A stretch of 63,478 bases of DNA, counting the filler, from Octopus bimaculoides (lineage: Eukaryota), in assembly GCF_001194135.2 (NCBI RefSeq). It is 5 parts of 5 records of this genome, joined end to end, with 100 filler letters (N's around TTAATTAATTAA, not from the genome) between each part and the next. Parts side by side here need not be neighbours in the genome. Positions count along the whole stretch, not along the records: positions 1 to 17,369 come from NC_068985.1; 4 more parts are not named here. One strand, 5' to 3'. A model generated the notes under the pieces. The model worked only from the letters and a program-made list of their open reading frames with translations, ran no database searches and was not told the origin of the DNA. Positions 1 to 13,936 of the stretch are shown piece after piece. Position 1 is the first letter of the stretch. Every line of letters starts with the position of its first letter. A program made the translations under genes and the position numbers.

Positions 1-3000
1 ATATATATATATATATATAGACACACATGTATATACCAGATAGGCTTCCACCGTATATAACCTGTCTACTACTTTCTCTTTCACATCGAAGACACAAAGA
101 CATTGGTCAATTGAAAGATACTTAACAGACATTTGCTAAATGTTTCATTCAGTAGCATTAAGCCTGTGCAACATTGTTGTGCAGCAAACTATTTTCGTCA
201 CAATCATACTTTTCACCCTCATGTGATGGCATTGAAACAGTTAACTCTAAATTCATATTTTCTCTAAATCAAATCTTTTCACTAATTGGTTAATTAATCA
301 CAATTAACACCTCTACACATAAAAAAATATACATTAAAAAAAAAAGAAACATCTAATTTGCTACTTAATTTGTTGGTGTTCTTATAAGGATCATTTGATA
401 CTTAGCTGCGTTTTTCTAAAACAATTTTCGCAATTCTTTGTAGGAGAGAGAGAGAGAAAAAATTCATATCTATAAACTTGTTAAGATTTACATTGAATTA
501 AGAGAAATCGGATTTATTATACGTTTTGTATGAAGTGATGTTGAGTAATGCCTGCAAGGGAACCCCTAAAATGTTGACAGCATTTTCTGTAATAGCAAGA
601 TAGAAAAAATTTAATAATAAATACAATGTTTTGTTTGTTGGTTTAAACAAGCAGAGCAAATTTTTAAACTGTTATGTTTAATGTAAAATAGCTTTTCTTT
701 CATTTTCCTCTTCTACGCATGAAGTTTGTGAGATTGTACAAATATCATGCTGAGATAGCAAAATGTAGATTGGAGTAAAATAAATAATGTTAAATCAGAT
801 TAAAACAAAGCAGGAATATATTTCAGAGCTGAGGTATGAAATGGAGTGAATGTGCCAGATTATATTAGATTGCAAATTCTAAAGAAAAAACAACCAAGAG
901 AACTGAAGTCGTTATCCAAGTGTTTAATGACACATTTACTTTAGAACACTATCAATGCCATCAGTTTTAACATTTTCAATTTATTCCAAGTTATAAGAAA
1001 TTATGCAATTGAAAATCTTAAAGAAACTGTCTTTGAAATCGTTAAACATAGAAAAGAAAATACTAGATTGTCATCTAGTTAAGTACAGGCTATCATACTT
1101 GAGCCAAAAATAACTTTTAATTACTTAAAATTATAAACCTAATAAGAAAAGTCATTATCCTAATTAAATTCATTTTCGGATTCGGCAAGAGAGAAATATT
1201 GCAATCAGCATTAAGTTAAATAATGGAGATATACTGTCATAGTTTGGGGTGAGTCTGGTCTTTGGAACTCATAGTAACTACTCTGAGCAGGTTTACGCCT
1301 AAATGGACCTCCTCAGCAAAGCATAATCTACTCAATGCTTCCCAAGTTATGAGAATGACTGACAGAAGTTATGCTTTGTGTGAAGAACATTCACTGATTT
1401 GATAAATTAAAGACATTGGATGATTTCCCAAGACTGCCTTCAGCATGAAGAACACACAGTTAAGTGCAGACTAACATACCAAACCTGCTAAGCTGAAAGC
1501 AATTTTTAATCAGTTGGTATTTATAAGTTAAGAAGGAAACTCAGTCATCCCTCTACATTTGATTACAAGAAGTCTGTTTGATATTTGAACCAGTGACAAC
1601 ACATTTCTTTAAAGAGGTTGAAAACAAACATTGTTATAAAAATAATATCGTAAATGTTTTTCAGGAGTTATTATGAATTTCTTATTGTGGCGGCATTGAG
1701 CTTGCAGAATTGTTAGCATGAAGGAGAAAATGCTTAGCAGTGGTTTGGCAGTTTTTACATCCTAAGTTCAAATTCCACTGAGGCTGACTTTGCCTTTCGT
1801 CCTTTTGAGGCCTATAAAACAAGTACCAGTTGAGCACTGGGGGCTGGGCCTTGTGCCTAAATTTGAAATCATTATTAATTTCTTTTTGTGAACAATTTGA
1901 TTTTTGCGTTGAATCAATTTGAATATATGACTTATTGCTAATTTCTAGACTTAGAAGGGTGGAAAGCACAGCGTTGGCTCTCTTAGAACTTAGAGGAGGA
2001 ATGCAGGGGGAAGAGCTGAACACTTTAAAGGGGGAGGGGGAGAGGAGGGGAAGGAGGGAGGAGGGGAAGGAGGAGGAGGNNNNNNNNNNNNNNNNNNNNN
2101 NNNNNNNNNNNNNNNNNNNNNNNNNNNNNNNNNNNNNNNNNNNNNNNNNNNNNNNNNNNNNNNNNNNNNNNNNNNNNNNNNNNNNNNNNNNNNNNNNNNN
2201 NNNNNNNNNNNNNNNNNNNNNNNNNNNNNNNNNNNNNNNNNNNNNNNNNNNNNNNNNNNNNNNNNNNNNNNNNNNNNNNNNNNNNNNNNNNNNNNNNNNN
2301 NNNNNNNNNNNNNNNNNNNNNNNNNNNNNNNNNNNNNNNNNNNNNNNNNNNNNNNNNNNNNNNNNNNNNNNNNNNNNNNNNNNNNNNNNNNNNNNNNNNN
2401 NNNNNNNNNNNNNNNNNNNNNNNNNNNNNNNNNNNNNNNNNNNNNNNNNNNNNNNNNNNNNNNNNNNNNNNNNNNNNNNNNNNNNGAGGAGGAGGAGGAG
2501 GAGGATGCAAGTTTTAAACATATGCAATCTTCAACCACAAATCTGTATAACAAATTCAATAAATGTCAAATACTGAAATTTTTTATATGTAAAATTCAAT
2601 ATTTTCCATGTTAGCTGTTGAACTAAAGCACCACACTGCAATCTTACAATTAATCGACAGATATCCATAGAAATCTAAAAATGCTTCTTACATAAGTTCT
2701 AAATTATATTTTCTGATTTTTTTTTCTTTTTTACCAAAACTGTTGTACAAATGTATTTTATTCTATTTAAAGATATATTTTAAGACATTTTAAAAGTTAC
2801 AGGATTTTTTGACTAAACTGTATAATGCTTACTTGCAAGAAAAGATTTCCAGATGTAAATCTTCAGCTACAAATGCTAAAAATGGTCCTCAATTATTGGG
2901 TAATAAAAATTGATTTAATTTATTGTGCTGTTTGGGTTAATATCAAATGTGCAGTTAATTTAGAAATACAGACCCAAAATGGTCAATGTATTGTGAAGCA

Positions 3001-3275
3001 TACCAATTTGATATGGCAGTCAGAATGCAGAAAATAAATGAATGGACACAAATTCTTGTTAAATTCTCTTCTGTTATCAATTGAATCAATGAACACAATT
3101 TAAAAGATTGATTTAAACATGAATAGAATTTCGCCATTAATTCAAGAGTATTATGTTTCCAGTGAATGTTTGATCGTTATAAACAAATTCAGCAACTACA
3201 ATATATAACCGTTAATTATATCCTTTTGAATTCGTAACACTTTATGATAAATCTAAATTATTTGCAAGATGTAAA

Positions 3276-3424
3276 TAGAGATTGGAATAGAATTGAAATA
3301 GAGACTGAAACAGAATTCAAATAGAGATTGAAATGGAATTGAAATAGAATTGAAATAGAATTGAAATTGAATTGAAATGGAATTCAGATAGAGATAGAAT
3401 TGAAATAGAGATTGAAATTGAATT
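3276..3424. repeat. Degenerate minisatellite of GAATTGAAAT(A/T/G)-like units
   Basis: Repeated gaattgaaata / gagattgaaat units of about 11-13 bp. Confidence 0.8.
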
Positions 3425-4734
3425 GCTTGGGTAATTTATGATGTCTTTGTTCAATGTTAAAGTGTCCTGAGTTTCATTCTTGCGAGAGAAGATAGAATAT
3501 CGTCCTCAGGCCTAAGTTTGAAAGTATTTCAGAAAAGACTGCAAAGTCAATCTTCATAAATGGCAGAAGATCAAGCCAGAACATCCTTGGTTATGCCTGC
3601 AACTAACTCTTTATGGAGTGTATGTGGTGACATTACATTGTCTTACTGGAATGTAAGCATAAAGTATGTTATAGCTGACAATCTAAACCCATTAATATTC
3701 CTCATGAACAGACACTTCAGCCATCTTTGATAGTTTTTTTTAAGTATTTCCCTTTCCCTGGAGAGAGTTATGACAGGTTATCAAGGTAGACATTAAAGGT
3801 TTATCATTTCTCCCCAACAATTAAGTGAAAAACAACACACATCTACCTGGAATCAAGGAATACGTGCATGTCCTGCTCTTTCAAGTCTGTATAACTTGTT
3901 ACGGTCATCTCTACAGACTTTTCTGTAGAAATCACAGCCAGCACTGATTTTTGCTATGTTGTTTCAGATCTGAGACACCTGAGATCGAAGATGAAAAATT
4001 GGTACTGGGTGTATGTGCCATACTCCAGCAGATTTTGCTCCTTCATCAGCACCCATCCAACCCCGAATCATCCTCGAATCAATGCTGGCCATAATTTCTT
4101 TAGAAAATCTGTGAAGATGACCTTAACAAGTGATGTTATAGCACTGCTAACACAGTAGAACTCAGGTGAAATATTCATTGATTCCATGATTGACACAATC
4201 CTAGACATTATCATTAGCGTAGATGCAATCAACTTCTTCATCTTCAAGCTAAGATTTTATCCTCATTTCTCTCTATATTTCATTTCTGTCAGAACTTATC
4301 CCTGGTTCACACAAACAATAAGACTCGTAAGATTCTGGAGCATTCTACTTTGGTGGGTTTTCTGTTATTTTAAACTCATCCACACACAACGTTATTGACA
4401 GCTGCAGCCTTACGCTTATACCATAACGGATATTTCAGGAAGCCTAAGACCACATTTGATTTGTGCTGGCGGTAAATGTCTTACATGCACAAGGTTGCTA
4501 TGCTACAGGCAAAAGTTGTAGATCACATCAAAAGGTAGCCAAGAGACTGGCAAAGTTTCCCTCATCAGTGCACTGCAACTACAGGCTTACAAATGCAAAA
4601 GTACAACAGATTTTGTCCTTTTGAACAAGAAACCTACAAACTCCCTTCATCCAGCTTCACTACCCTTTGTCTTTCCTTGTCTTCAACTGGGCTGCAAAAC
4701 TCATTGAATCTGTCTCCCTTCCCATGACTAATTC

Positions 4735-6598
4735 ATCATCGTCGTCATTTAACGTCTGCTTTCCATGCTGCCATGGGTTGGACGGTTTGACTGAGGACTG
4801 GTAAGCCAGGAGGCTGCACCAGGCTCCAGTCTAATCTGGCAGTGTTTGTACAGCTGGATGCCCTTCCTAATGCCAACCACTCCGAGAGTGTAGTGGGTGC
4901 TTTTTACGTGCCATCAGCATGAGGGACAGTTAGATGGTACTGGCATTGACCAAACTTGAATGGTGCTTTTTACATGCCACCGGTACAGGTGTGAATCAGG
5001 TGGTACTGTCATTGGCCACAACAACGACTTCACTTGACTCAACAGGTCTTCGCAAGTGCAATTTATTGTCCAATGATTGAAGAGTACTCTTAAATGGGCT
5101 GGTTATGGTCTCACTTGGCTTGCTGGGTCTTCTCAAGCACAGCATATCTCCAAAGGTCTTGGTCACTTGTCATCGCCTCCATGAGGCCCAATGCTTGAAA
5201 ATTATACTTAACCACCTCATCCCAGCTCTTCCTGGGTCTACTCTTCCACAAGTTCCTTCTACTGCTAGGGTGTGACAAATTTTTACACAGCTGTCCTCAT
5301 CCATATGCAACACATGACCATACTAGCACAGTTGTTTCTCTTGCACACCACATCTGATGCTTCGTATATCCAACTTTTCTCTCAGAGCATTTACACTCTG
5401 TCGTGTATGCACACTGACATTACACATCCAGCAGAGCATACTGGCTTCATTCCTTGCAAGCTTGCGCAAGCTCTCAGCAGTCACGGCCCATGTTTCACTG
5501 CCATGTAGCAAGGCTGTTCACACACATGCAGCATACAGTCTACCTTTTACTCTGAGTAGAAGTAGGCCCTCTCTGAACTTTGCCCAGGCTATTCTTATTC
5601 TAGGAGCTACACTCTCAGAGCATCCATCCTTGCTACTGACTTGGTCACTTAGGTAACAGAAGCTATCGATTACTTCTAGTTTTTCCCCCTGGCATGTGAC
5701 AGAAGCTGTTTTCTGCAAATTTTCAGTGTTTATTGCCCCTGAGCATTTGCCAGACACACAAACTATCATCCCAGTTAATCTTCCTTTGATATTGCTGCAC
5801 CTCTTATGTGTCCATAGCTTATACCAGGTATTTCTTATGGAGTTTCTACCTACACCTTTTCTACAGCTCAAGCAGGGCCATCTACCTGAAGGAATTTGTG
5901 ATTTGTCTACCTTCCTATTTACTAAGACTTTGGTTTTTGCAAAATTGACTCCAAGGTCCTTTGATTCTAGATGTTACTTCCACACCTGAAACTAGTTCTG
6001 ATAGTGATTCAGCTATTAGAGCAAGATCATCAGTACAGAGAAGCTCCCAGGGGCATCTTGTCTTGAATTTCTTTGTTATTGCCTAGAGAACTATGATGGA
6101 TAAGAAGGGGATGAGGACTGATCCTTGGTGGATCCCAACTCCTACCCGGAATTCTTCACTATACTCGTTGCCAACCCTCACCTTACTGACAGCATCTCTG
6201 TACATGGCTCGTACAGCTCTCACTAACCATCCTTCTACCCCTAGTTTCCTCATTGACCACCAGATAAGGGATCAGGACCTTGTCAAAAGCCTTCTCTATG
6301 TCAACAAAAGCCAAGTACAGAAGTTTATCTTTGGCTAGGTATTTCTGCTGCAGCTGTCTTACCAGGAATATAGCATCAGTGGTGCTTTTCCCTGGCACAA
6401 AACCAAACTACATCTCATCTAAGTGGATTCTCTCCCTAATTAGTTGGGCTTTGACTCTCTCCATGATTTTCATCCCCTGATCCAACAACTTGATACCTCT
6501 AATTATTCATATCTAATACATCACCTTTACCTTTGTAGCAGTCGACTGTTGTGCTGCTACACCAGTCACTGGGTATGACTCCTTCCTGTATCACCTGT
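4735..6598 (-). mobile_element. RTE-clade LINE remnant (RT, C-terminus and 3' UTR), 5'-truncated, many stops and frameshifts
   Basis: Fragments VIPSDWCSSTTVDCYKGKGD, FVPGKSTTDAIFLVRQLQQKYLAKDKLLYLAFVDIEKAFDKV, EKLEVIDSFCYL...RIRIAWAKFRE, LHGSETWAVTAESLRKLARNEASML; ends in a GAT/GAC-type tail near 4735. Confidence 0.9.
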
Positions 6599-6786
6599 AA
6601 AAAATAAATAACATTTGTAAGAGACAAATGCCCTATTAATTCCCTATTTTTTTCTATCTTTTTAGCATTACATTCATATCTCCACAATAAGATTTACTCT
6701 TCAATTAATTTTCTAAAAATTGTGCTTATCTGGTATTTATTTAATGTTTTTTTTTGTTTTAAAAAAAACCCAAAAAACATTCGAGC

Positions 6787-7000
6787 GAGGTCGTTGCCAG
6801 TTCCGCTGGACTGGCCCTCCTGCCGGTGGCACATAAAAGCACACACTACACTCTTGAAGTGGTTAGCATTAGGAAGGGCATCCAGTTGTAGAAACTCTGC
6901 CAGATCAGATTGGAGCCTAGTACAGCTTTCTGGTTCACCAGCCCTCAATCAAGTCGTCCAACCCATGCTAGCATGGAAGGTGGACATTCAACGATGACGA
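6787..7000 (+). mobile_element. 3'-end copy of the same RTE family
   Basis: Similar to the reverse complement of 4740-4930 (ggttagcattaggaagggcatccag...ccaacccatgctagcatgga...acgatgacgat). Confidence 0.8.
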
Positions 7001-9097
7001 TAAAGTTCAGAAGTTACAATATCTATATTCATTTTCCATGACAAGGAAAACATTTCTGTGGAAGGCATGTTTGTCTCCCATAGTGGAATTTCCCAGATAA
7101 TGATAGCTATTCTACTGTTGCTGTTTAACTCGTAAATTAGTCCTAATTGAAAAGATCTATGATTAAAGTTATTCCAGCTACAACCAGCCTGCCCTTTTAA
7201 GATGGTAGGGTGCCATTTGAGGGAAATGTGACTGCTTTCTCTGGTAGGTCAAGCGATTGTTGAGTTGTAATGCTAAGTCAAAGTAAATTATTTCATTTGC
7301 TGGTGTAAACAGAAAATACAAAGTTCTAACGTTTTGTGCCTGTCTTCTGTAATTGGAGGGGGGAGCAATTTGTGCTTTCCATATTTGAATTTAAGGCAAC
7401 GAGCTGGCGGAATGGTGAGATGCAATTTATCTGTCTTTTTGTTCCGAGTTCAAATTGTACCTGGGTCGACTTTGCCTCTCATCCTTTTGAGGTCAGTAAA
7501 ATAAGTAACCATTGATCACTGGGGGCAGTGTAACTGACTTATCTTATCCCACCAAAATTGCTGGCCTTGTGGCAAAATTTGAAACCAATATTTTGTTTGA
7601 ATTGTTGTATGGGAAACACAAAAGAGAATGGAGTGATAAAGAATATGCTATACAAACAAATTAATATGAGATGTAAAAACCTGACATCCAATGAGAGCAT
7701 TGGTGGGAAAGGGATGGATAAGTGACATGAACAGAATTAAGCATGAATGGCAAAGCATGAGTTCAAAGAAATGGTCCAAGGAAGAAGATACAAGATAAAA
7801 TGACACAGTCGAAAGTCAGATCTGAAATTAAAAGTTCTTGTAATGAAGGATGTATTAATCAAATAAATGGCTTTTGCTCGTATGTAATATGTAGATTCGA
7901 AGATTGAGATAAATGCCATCATTATGAGAATGGTACAATATATTATTCCAAATAGAAATGGAGAAGTTTCTTAGACACACACAAACAAGCACACACATAA
8001 AGATGTGCACAGAGACACACACACTCACACCATTCTGACCTCTAAGACCAGTCCCCAAAACCACTGGACCATGACAGACTAGCCCAGAAACAAAAATAAT
8101 CCCCTTGATTCCATATTGCTCTTCCTCCCCCAACCAATCTCCCACACTGTCCCTTAAAATAGCAAACATTCCTTAGCTACACACAAGACAGAAAATGTCA
8201 GACAGACAGGTCAGTTATTCCTCTCCAATTTTTTGTAAATTCTTAAATATATCTCCTTCTGTGTATATATATATATATATACTACCAAACAAACATGATT
8301 TTTATTGAACTCAAAATATTTTTGGTGTCCTGTTCTGATTACTTTCTTAAATACTTTCTTGTAAACTGGTTTTAACATTTTCTTATCATTATCAAAGAAT
8401 GTATTTCTGTATTTTAATACTTTTGTGATAACCAGTTCTTAACACAACAAAGCTTTACATTTTACTTTTGACAATCTTTTTCTGAAAAAGTGAAACCAGT
8501 CAAGTGAATAAACATCTTTAAAATTGCATTTTCAAACCTTTTTTCATATATGTATGTATGTATGTATGTATGTGTGTGTGTATATGTATATGTATATGTA
8601 TATATGTATAGAGTGTTTGAAGTGTCAGAAAGGAGTCAGAATTTTGGATACACACACACACATAAGAACTGGATTCAATTCATTTGACTAAATTTTGTCA
8701 ATACTGTACTCCAGCATGGCCACAGTCCGATGACTGAAACAAGCAAAAGATAAAAGGTCTTAAATAAATCCTTGTGTTTTACACAAGAACACAAGAGCAT
8801 GTGACAGACTGGAAGAAGTTCTTAACTTCACATGCAACATATTAGCGATCATAATTCATACGACTAAAACCTCAACTACTCTTAACACAATCAATACCAG
8901 TAATTATACACAAGGCAATTGCATGAGCAAGAGATTATTGAATGTGCATCAATGTTATCACTACTCTGTGCCTAAAACAACACAGTAACAACAACAACAA
9001 CAACAACTACATGTTGTTATGTCTTGTATTTGTTGAGCCACTCTAGTTTTAAACAAGATTTATGTCATTATGTGATAACTTTAAATATACTTGGCAG

Positions 9098-11572
9098 GAA
9101 AAATTGTTTTCAAAGAAATCATACGAAGATTTCTTATTATGATGACTGTTACCTGGTTCAAAGGTAGATTGAGCATTATCTCTCCCCACCTATCACTCTC
9201 TTCTCTCTCTCTCTCTTTCCCTTTTGTTTTTATATTTTCCTTGTGCTTGTGTGTTTGTCTTGGTTCTATTGTCTTTTGTCCCCTAACAAGATTTTTAAAG
9301 CTAATAAATTGCTTAATAATGCAGTTCTGTTGTGCTTTTGAAACACGGGTTGGAATTATCTTGGTACGAAAGCATTGAATTGCAAATCAGATTCACTCTG
9401 CACATAGGAAAAGTCATAAGAAGATTTGCTGTATATAAGTAAAGCTGGTAGGATTATGTTTTCTGTCTGTTCATGTAAACCAAACTTATTCATTCAAGCA
9501 AGAGATGCTTAAAACTCAACAGTCAAAAAAACATTGAACCGATTCTGAAGCTAGATGCAAAAATGGCAACATGAAAGAGGAAGCATATTGGGGTAAAAGA
9601 TTCCTAGAGGCAGATGGATAGGTTGTAAAAATGAGTGAAAAGATAAAAGAATCATTGTACTGACAATGTTGGAAAATGATAACTATTTCATAATGACAGA
9701 ATTGGTATTGAAGTTTAATGTTAAGAGAAAATAAAATCCTGTCCATAGAGTTGCTGCTGCTGCTGCTGGATTGCTTAATGAACAAGTAGGAACGCTAAAG
9801 AAAAGGGATCTTTTTTTTATTATCAATACAGTTGGTGAGATTATGTGAGGAGCTTCTAGAAAATATAAAAGGCTGCAAAACTAAAACAAATCCAATATTT
9901 CGGGTGCTTCTCTTACTATTATCACATATGGCTTAGTTTTTCTTGTTTTATTCTATTTTCTTTTTTTTGCTAGTTTTATATATATTTTCTTTCTTTCTTT
10001 TAATGAATGATTCCTGCTAATATTATACTTTTCTTTCGTTTTCTTCATCGTCCATCTTGGATTTTTATTGATTATTATGGTGACCCTCCATTAATGATTT
10101 TTTACTGAACATTCCAGAAACAAAATTGTAATTCACCCATCAATGAGTGAATTCACGACTAAGCCATGTAAGACAGACAGCTGCAACTGAGGCGATGACA
10201 AGTGACCGAAGTCTTGGCAAAATAGGTCGTGCTTGGGAAGAAGACTCACCAAGCCAAGTGGAAATGTAGTCATGGCCAGTGCCAGAGGTACATGTAAATG
10301 GCACTTGTGGAACTGTAGTTGTGGCTGTTGCCAGTGTCATGTAAGTGGCACTTGTGCCAGTGGCATGTAAAAAGCACCCATTACACTCTTGGAGTGGTTG
10401 GCATCAGGAAGAGCATCCAACTGTAGAAACCATACCAAATCCGACTGGAACCTGGTGCAGCTCTCCAGCTTACCAGTTTCTAGTCACACACCATCCAGCC
10501 CATGGACGTTAAATGATGTTGATGCTGATGACGTTGATAATGATGATGATGATGATGATGATGATGATGGGATTTTTCCAGCTTCAGCCAACCAAAATCC
10601 ATTCACAAGGCTTTGGTCAATCTGTGGTCATAGTAGAAGATACTTGTCCAAGGTGCTACACAGAGCAATTGAACTTGAGACCAGAGGTTGGAAAGCAAGC
10701 TTCCTAATCACAGAGTTATTCCTGTGCATATATGAATATTTGTGTGCATGAGTGTGTATGTGTGTGTGTGGGGGGGGGCACGTGTGTGTATGTATATGCA
10801 TATATATATATATATATATATATACACACCATTGGCTCCTCCTCAGTTTCTGCTTGTCAATTCCACTCTCAAGGCATTGGTTACCTTCAGACTTGAGTTG
10901 AAAATACACATCTCAAGTGCCACACAGTGGAATCAAATCCTGAACCGTGTGGTTGTCAAGGTAACTATGCACTGAACGCAACCTTGATGATAATGATGAT
11001 GATGGTGGTTTTGAACACAGTAACTTCAGATGCATGCTGGGAAACTTGAATGCACGAGCCAATTCCACCTTAGTCTCATTAGCCTTTGTTTTAAGAAATT
11101 CCCCAGACAAAAGTCTTATCATTTTAGCTACATGTGATTTTAATTTTAGAAGCTCTGTTCCAAGCAGTAATCTTCAGCTACTAAAAATAATCAGAATTTA
11201 TTTGAATTTTTCTTAGATTTTAATCAATTAGTTTAAATTAGTGTAGAATGTCACATGATTAATTAAATGCAAAATTTTGTTCGAGGATTTTGTGATGCAG
11301 ATTTCATTTTGTGCATCTGAAATACAGGTTTGGTTTCTGGCTGAGCCAAGGATTCTCATTGGAAAAAAACATAATGGAGTCTTTAAGGGTAATGTTCCTT
11401 TGACCCACACGATAAAGGTTTATAGGATGTATTGTTCATTGCTGCTTAATCTTGTCAAAGTCAGTTAAAGATCTTTGCAACTTCCACACTAGTAAAAAAT
11501 GCCAAAGTGCTTGAGGTTTTTTTTTTATAAAGTCTGAGAGCATGAATGGTTTTGTATCTGAAGAAGAACATA
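9098..11572 (+). CDS. Candidate internal exons of an unidentified gene: 9098-9163, 11328-11388, 11533-11572
   Basis: All three are bounded by AG and GT (donors GTAGAT, GTAATG, GTAAGT) and are phase-compatible (2-2, 2-0, 0-1), reading KNCFQRNHTKISYYDDCYLVQRFGFWLSQGFSLEKNIMESLRSESMNGFVSEEEH. No family recognised. Confidence 0.35.
10150..10570 (+). mobile_element. RTE 3'-end copy with expanded (GAT)n tail
   Basis: Same 3' UTR motifs, followed by (GAT)n at about 10515-10568. Confidence 0.8.
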
Positions 11573-12247
11573 GTAAGTAATTGTAAGAATAATGCAAGAA
11601 TTTGAATCAAAGGTAAGGTTTAGTTGGCATGAATGACTGATTACATAGCATGATGCTGTGCATTGAGAAAAAAAGAAAGAAGGAGAAAGGAAAAAAAGGA
11701 TTGGTTAGAAATAGGCAGGTGAAGGATGGAGTACAGTATGCTGGTTCTTGTTTCATTGAACCCAGAGGGAGGGAAAAGAAAAGAAATATGATACAAGATG
11801 CTGTACAGAATTTAATGTAGCCCTCAACCAATCCTGCCAACCTGCAACTTTCATATGAATAATGTTGATTGCATCATCTATGAATGCTGTTATTAAAGTA
11901 TATAAGGCATAAACTTAGATGCATCCTGAATATAAACTACTTGTGTAGATAGATTAGAGATTCAGAGCTTGTACATGTGTACTTGACAGATATAGCCCTA
12001 AAGTTTTAATTCATATTGAAAACAGCCTGCTGGATGCATGTTAAAAAGATAGACATAGTTTGTAGGTTTTTACAAAGAAGCTGACTAGATTTAGTTAGAG
12101 TCAATGGATGTTTATTAGAGATAAAGGCTATAAATGCCAGTCTAGCAGTAATAAACTATGAATTATGTTTATTTAAACATTACCATGTAATTACGTTTCC
12201 TCATCCCAAACAGCTTTTAGTTGCTGTGAATAACAATGTTGTGTAAT

Positions 12248-12392
12248 TGTCAATGTTCAATATGATCTGCTGGGTGTCAACTGGAAAGATATGATCTGTA
12301 GGTGTCAACTTGACACACTTGATCTGTTGATGTCAAATATATTGACACGGTATGGTCAGTGTCAATGAAGTGTCAAGGTTTGTTGGTGCCAA
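12248..12392. repeat. Diverged ~29-bp minisatellite rich in TGTCAA/TTGACA
   Basis: Units begin tgatctg at about 12263, 12292 and 12320; eight exact TGTCAA or TTGACA hexamers. Confidence 0.7.
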
Positions 12393-12539
12393 CTAATCGG
12401 ATGTAATTTATTTGTATCCATCCGGTGGTTATGATTTCTTTGTGTCCAAAGCAGAGACATTGTTATGCGCTGATTTCGATTGAAGTCACATTATCTGTTG
12501 CTGCCAGCTGAACAGAACTGATTTATTAATGTCAACCTT

Positions 12540-13095
12540 CGAACATTGGGCCTCACTGAGGCAAGGACCAGTGACTGTGTCCTTTGGAGATATGCTGTGC
12601 TTGAGAAAACCCGGCAAGCCAAGTGAGACCATAACCCATGGCCTATGCCAGTGGTGTATAACCAGCCCACTCATGAGTACCCTTCATTCATTGGACAATA
12701 AACTCTGCTTGTGAAGACCTGTTGTGGCAAGTGAAATCAAAATCACTGACGTGGCCAATGACAGTACTGCCTGATTGGCACTCGTACCAGTGGAACATTA
12801 AAAGCACCATCCGAGTGTGATCGTTNNNNNNNNNNTCGTACCAGTGGAACATTAAAAGCACCATCCGAGTGTGATCGTTGCCAGTACATCCTGACTGGTC
12901 TTCGTGCCAGTGGCACGTAAAAGCACCCACTACACTCTTGGAGTGGTTGGCGTTAGGAAGGGGATTCAGCAGTAGAAACTTTGCCAGATCAGATTGGAGA
13001 CTGGTACAGCCATCTGGCTCGCGAGTCCTCAGTCAAACCATCCAACCCATGCCAGCATGGAAAGCGGATGTTAAACGACCATGATGATGATGATG
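12540..13095 (+). mobile_element. RTE 3'-end copy
   Basis: Shares the ORF-end and 3' UTR sequence with 4740-5200 (gtgcttgagaagacccggcaagccaagtgagacc...) and has an (ATG)n tail. Confidence 0.8.
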
Positions 13096-13936
13096 GTGAA
13101 CTGAATTGACAAAGTTTGAATAGATATAGGGTTTAGAAATATATAAAAGTTATAATTTTTCAGGTTTACCTTAATGTTACAGAGTATCAAGCTGGCAGAA
13201 CTGATAGGAGACCAGGCACAATGTTTAGTGGCATTTCATCTATCTTTACATTCTGAGATCAAATTCTGCTGGAGACAGCTTTGATTTTCACCCTTTTGAG
13301 GTCAATAAAGTAACTACCAGCTGACCACTAGGGTCGATGTAATGACGTACTCTCCATCCCACTCACAATACTGATGGCTTGGTACCAAAATTTGGAACCA
13401 ATATCATTGTTAGAAGTACTTGTAATTTTTATATTTTCACCCCTTTTCAACCAGTCTGATTCTTACTGATCACAGAAGCCTTATTCTTAGATACATAAAT
13501 AGTTCCTCTCACTCTGGATTGAAATTAGGAACCATTTCTGTAAATGTACCAGTGACTAAGTGACTCAAGACATAATTTAAATTAACTGTTCCTAGCTTGA
13601 ATCCAGTCTGCAAACATACACACAAATAAAATATGTAAAAATGATGAGAAATTTAACCATTTGAAACCCTGTACAGATGAAATTAATATCGAGATGTTTT
13701 AATAAGCACAAGTATGACTAAGATATTTGGACATTTAATTTGATATTTATTCTGGATTTTTTTTTTTTTTGAAGTTTTACAACTAGCAATTAAAAGAACA
13801 TGTTGAAGATATGCAACTAAAGGATTTTGCTAGTAGTTCAATCAAGAATTTCAATGTATTCTTATTAAACTCAGTAAAGTATCCTTTTAACTTACTGTCT
13901 GTATTTTATAAAATGATGTTTAAATTTATCATTCTT

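Noticed and set aside
3460-4730. Coding-like composition with faint piggyBac-like phrases on the minus strand (RWLKCLF...LHKELV) and short open frames on the plus strand
   Set aside because: No catalytic motif, TIR or TTAA site could be identified, and all frames are interrupted.
7990-8160. Minus-strand exon candidate (DSVGDWLGEEEQYGIKG...) with a GTGAGT donor
   Set aside because: The donor is part of a (GT)n microsatellite and no compatible neighbouring exon was found.
12782-12879. Exact 44-bp duplication on either side of a 10-N gap
   Set aside because: Typical of overlapping contig ends left unmerged; most likely an assembly artefact.
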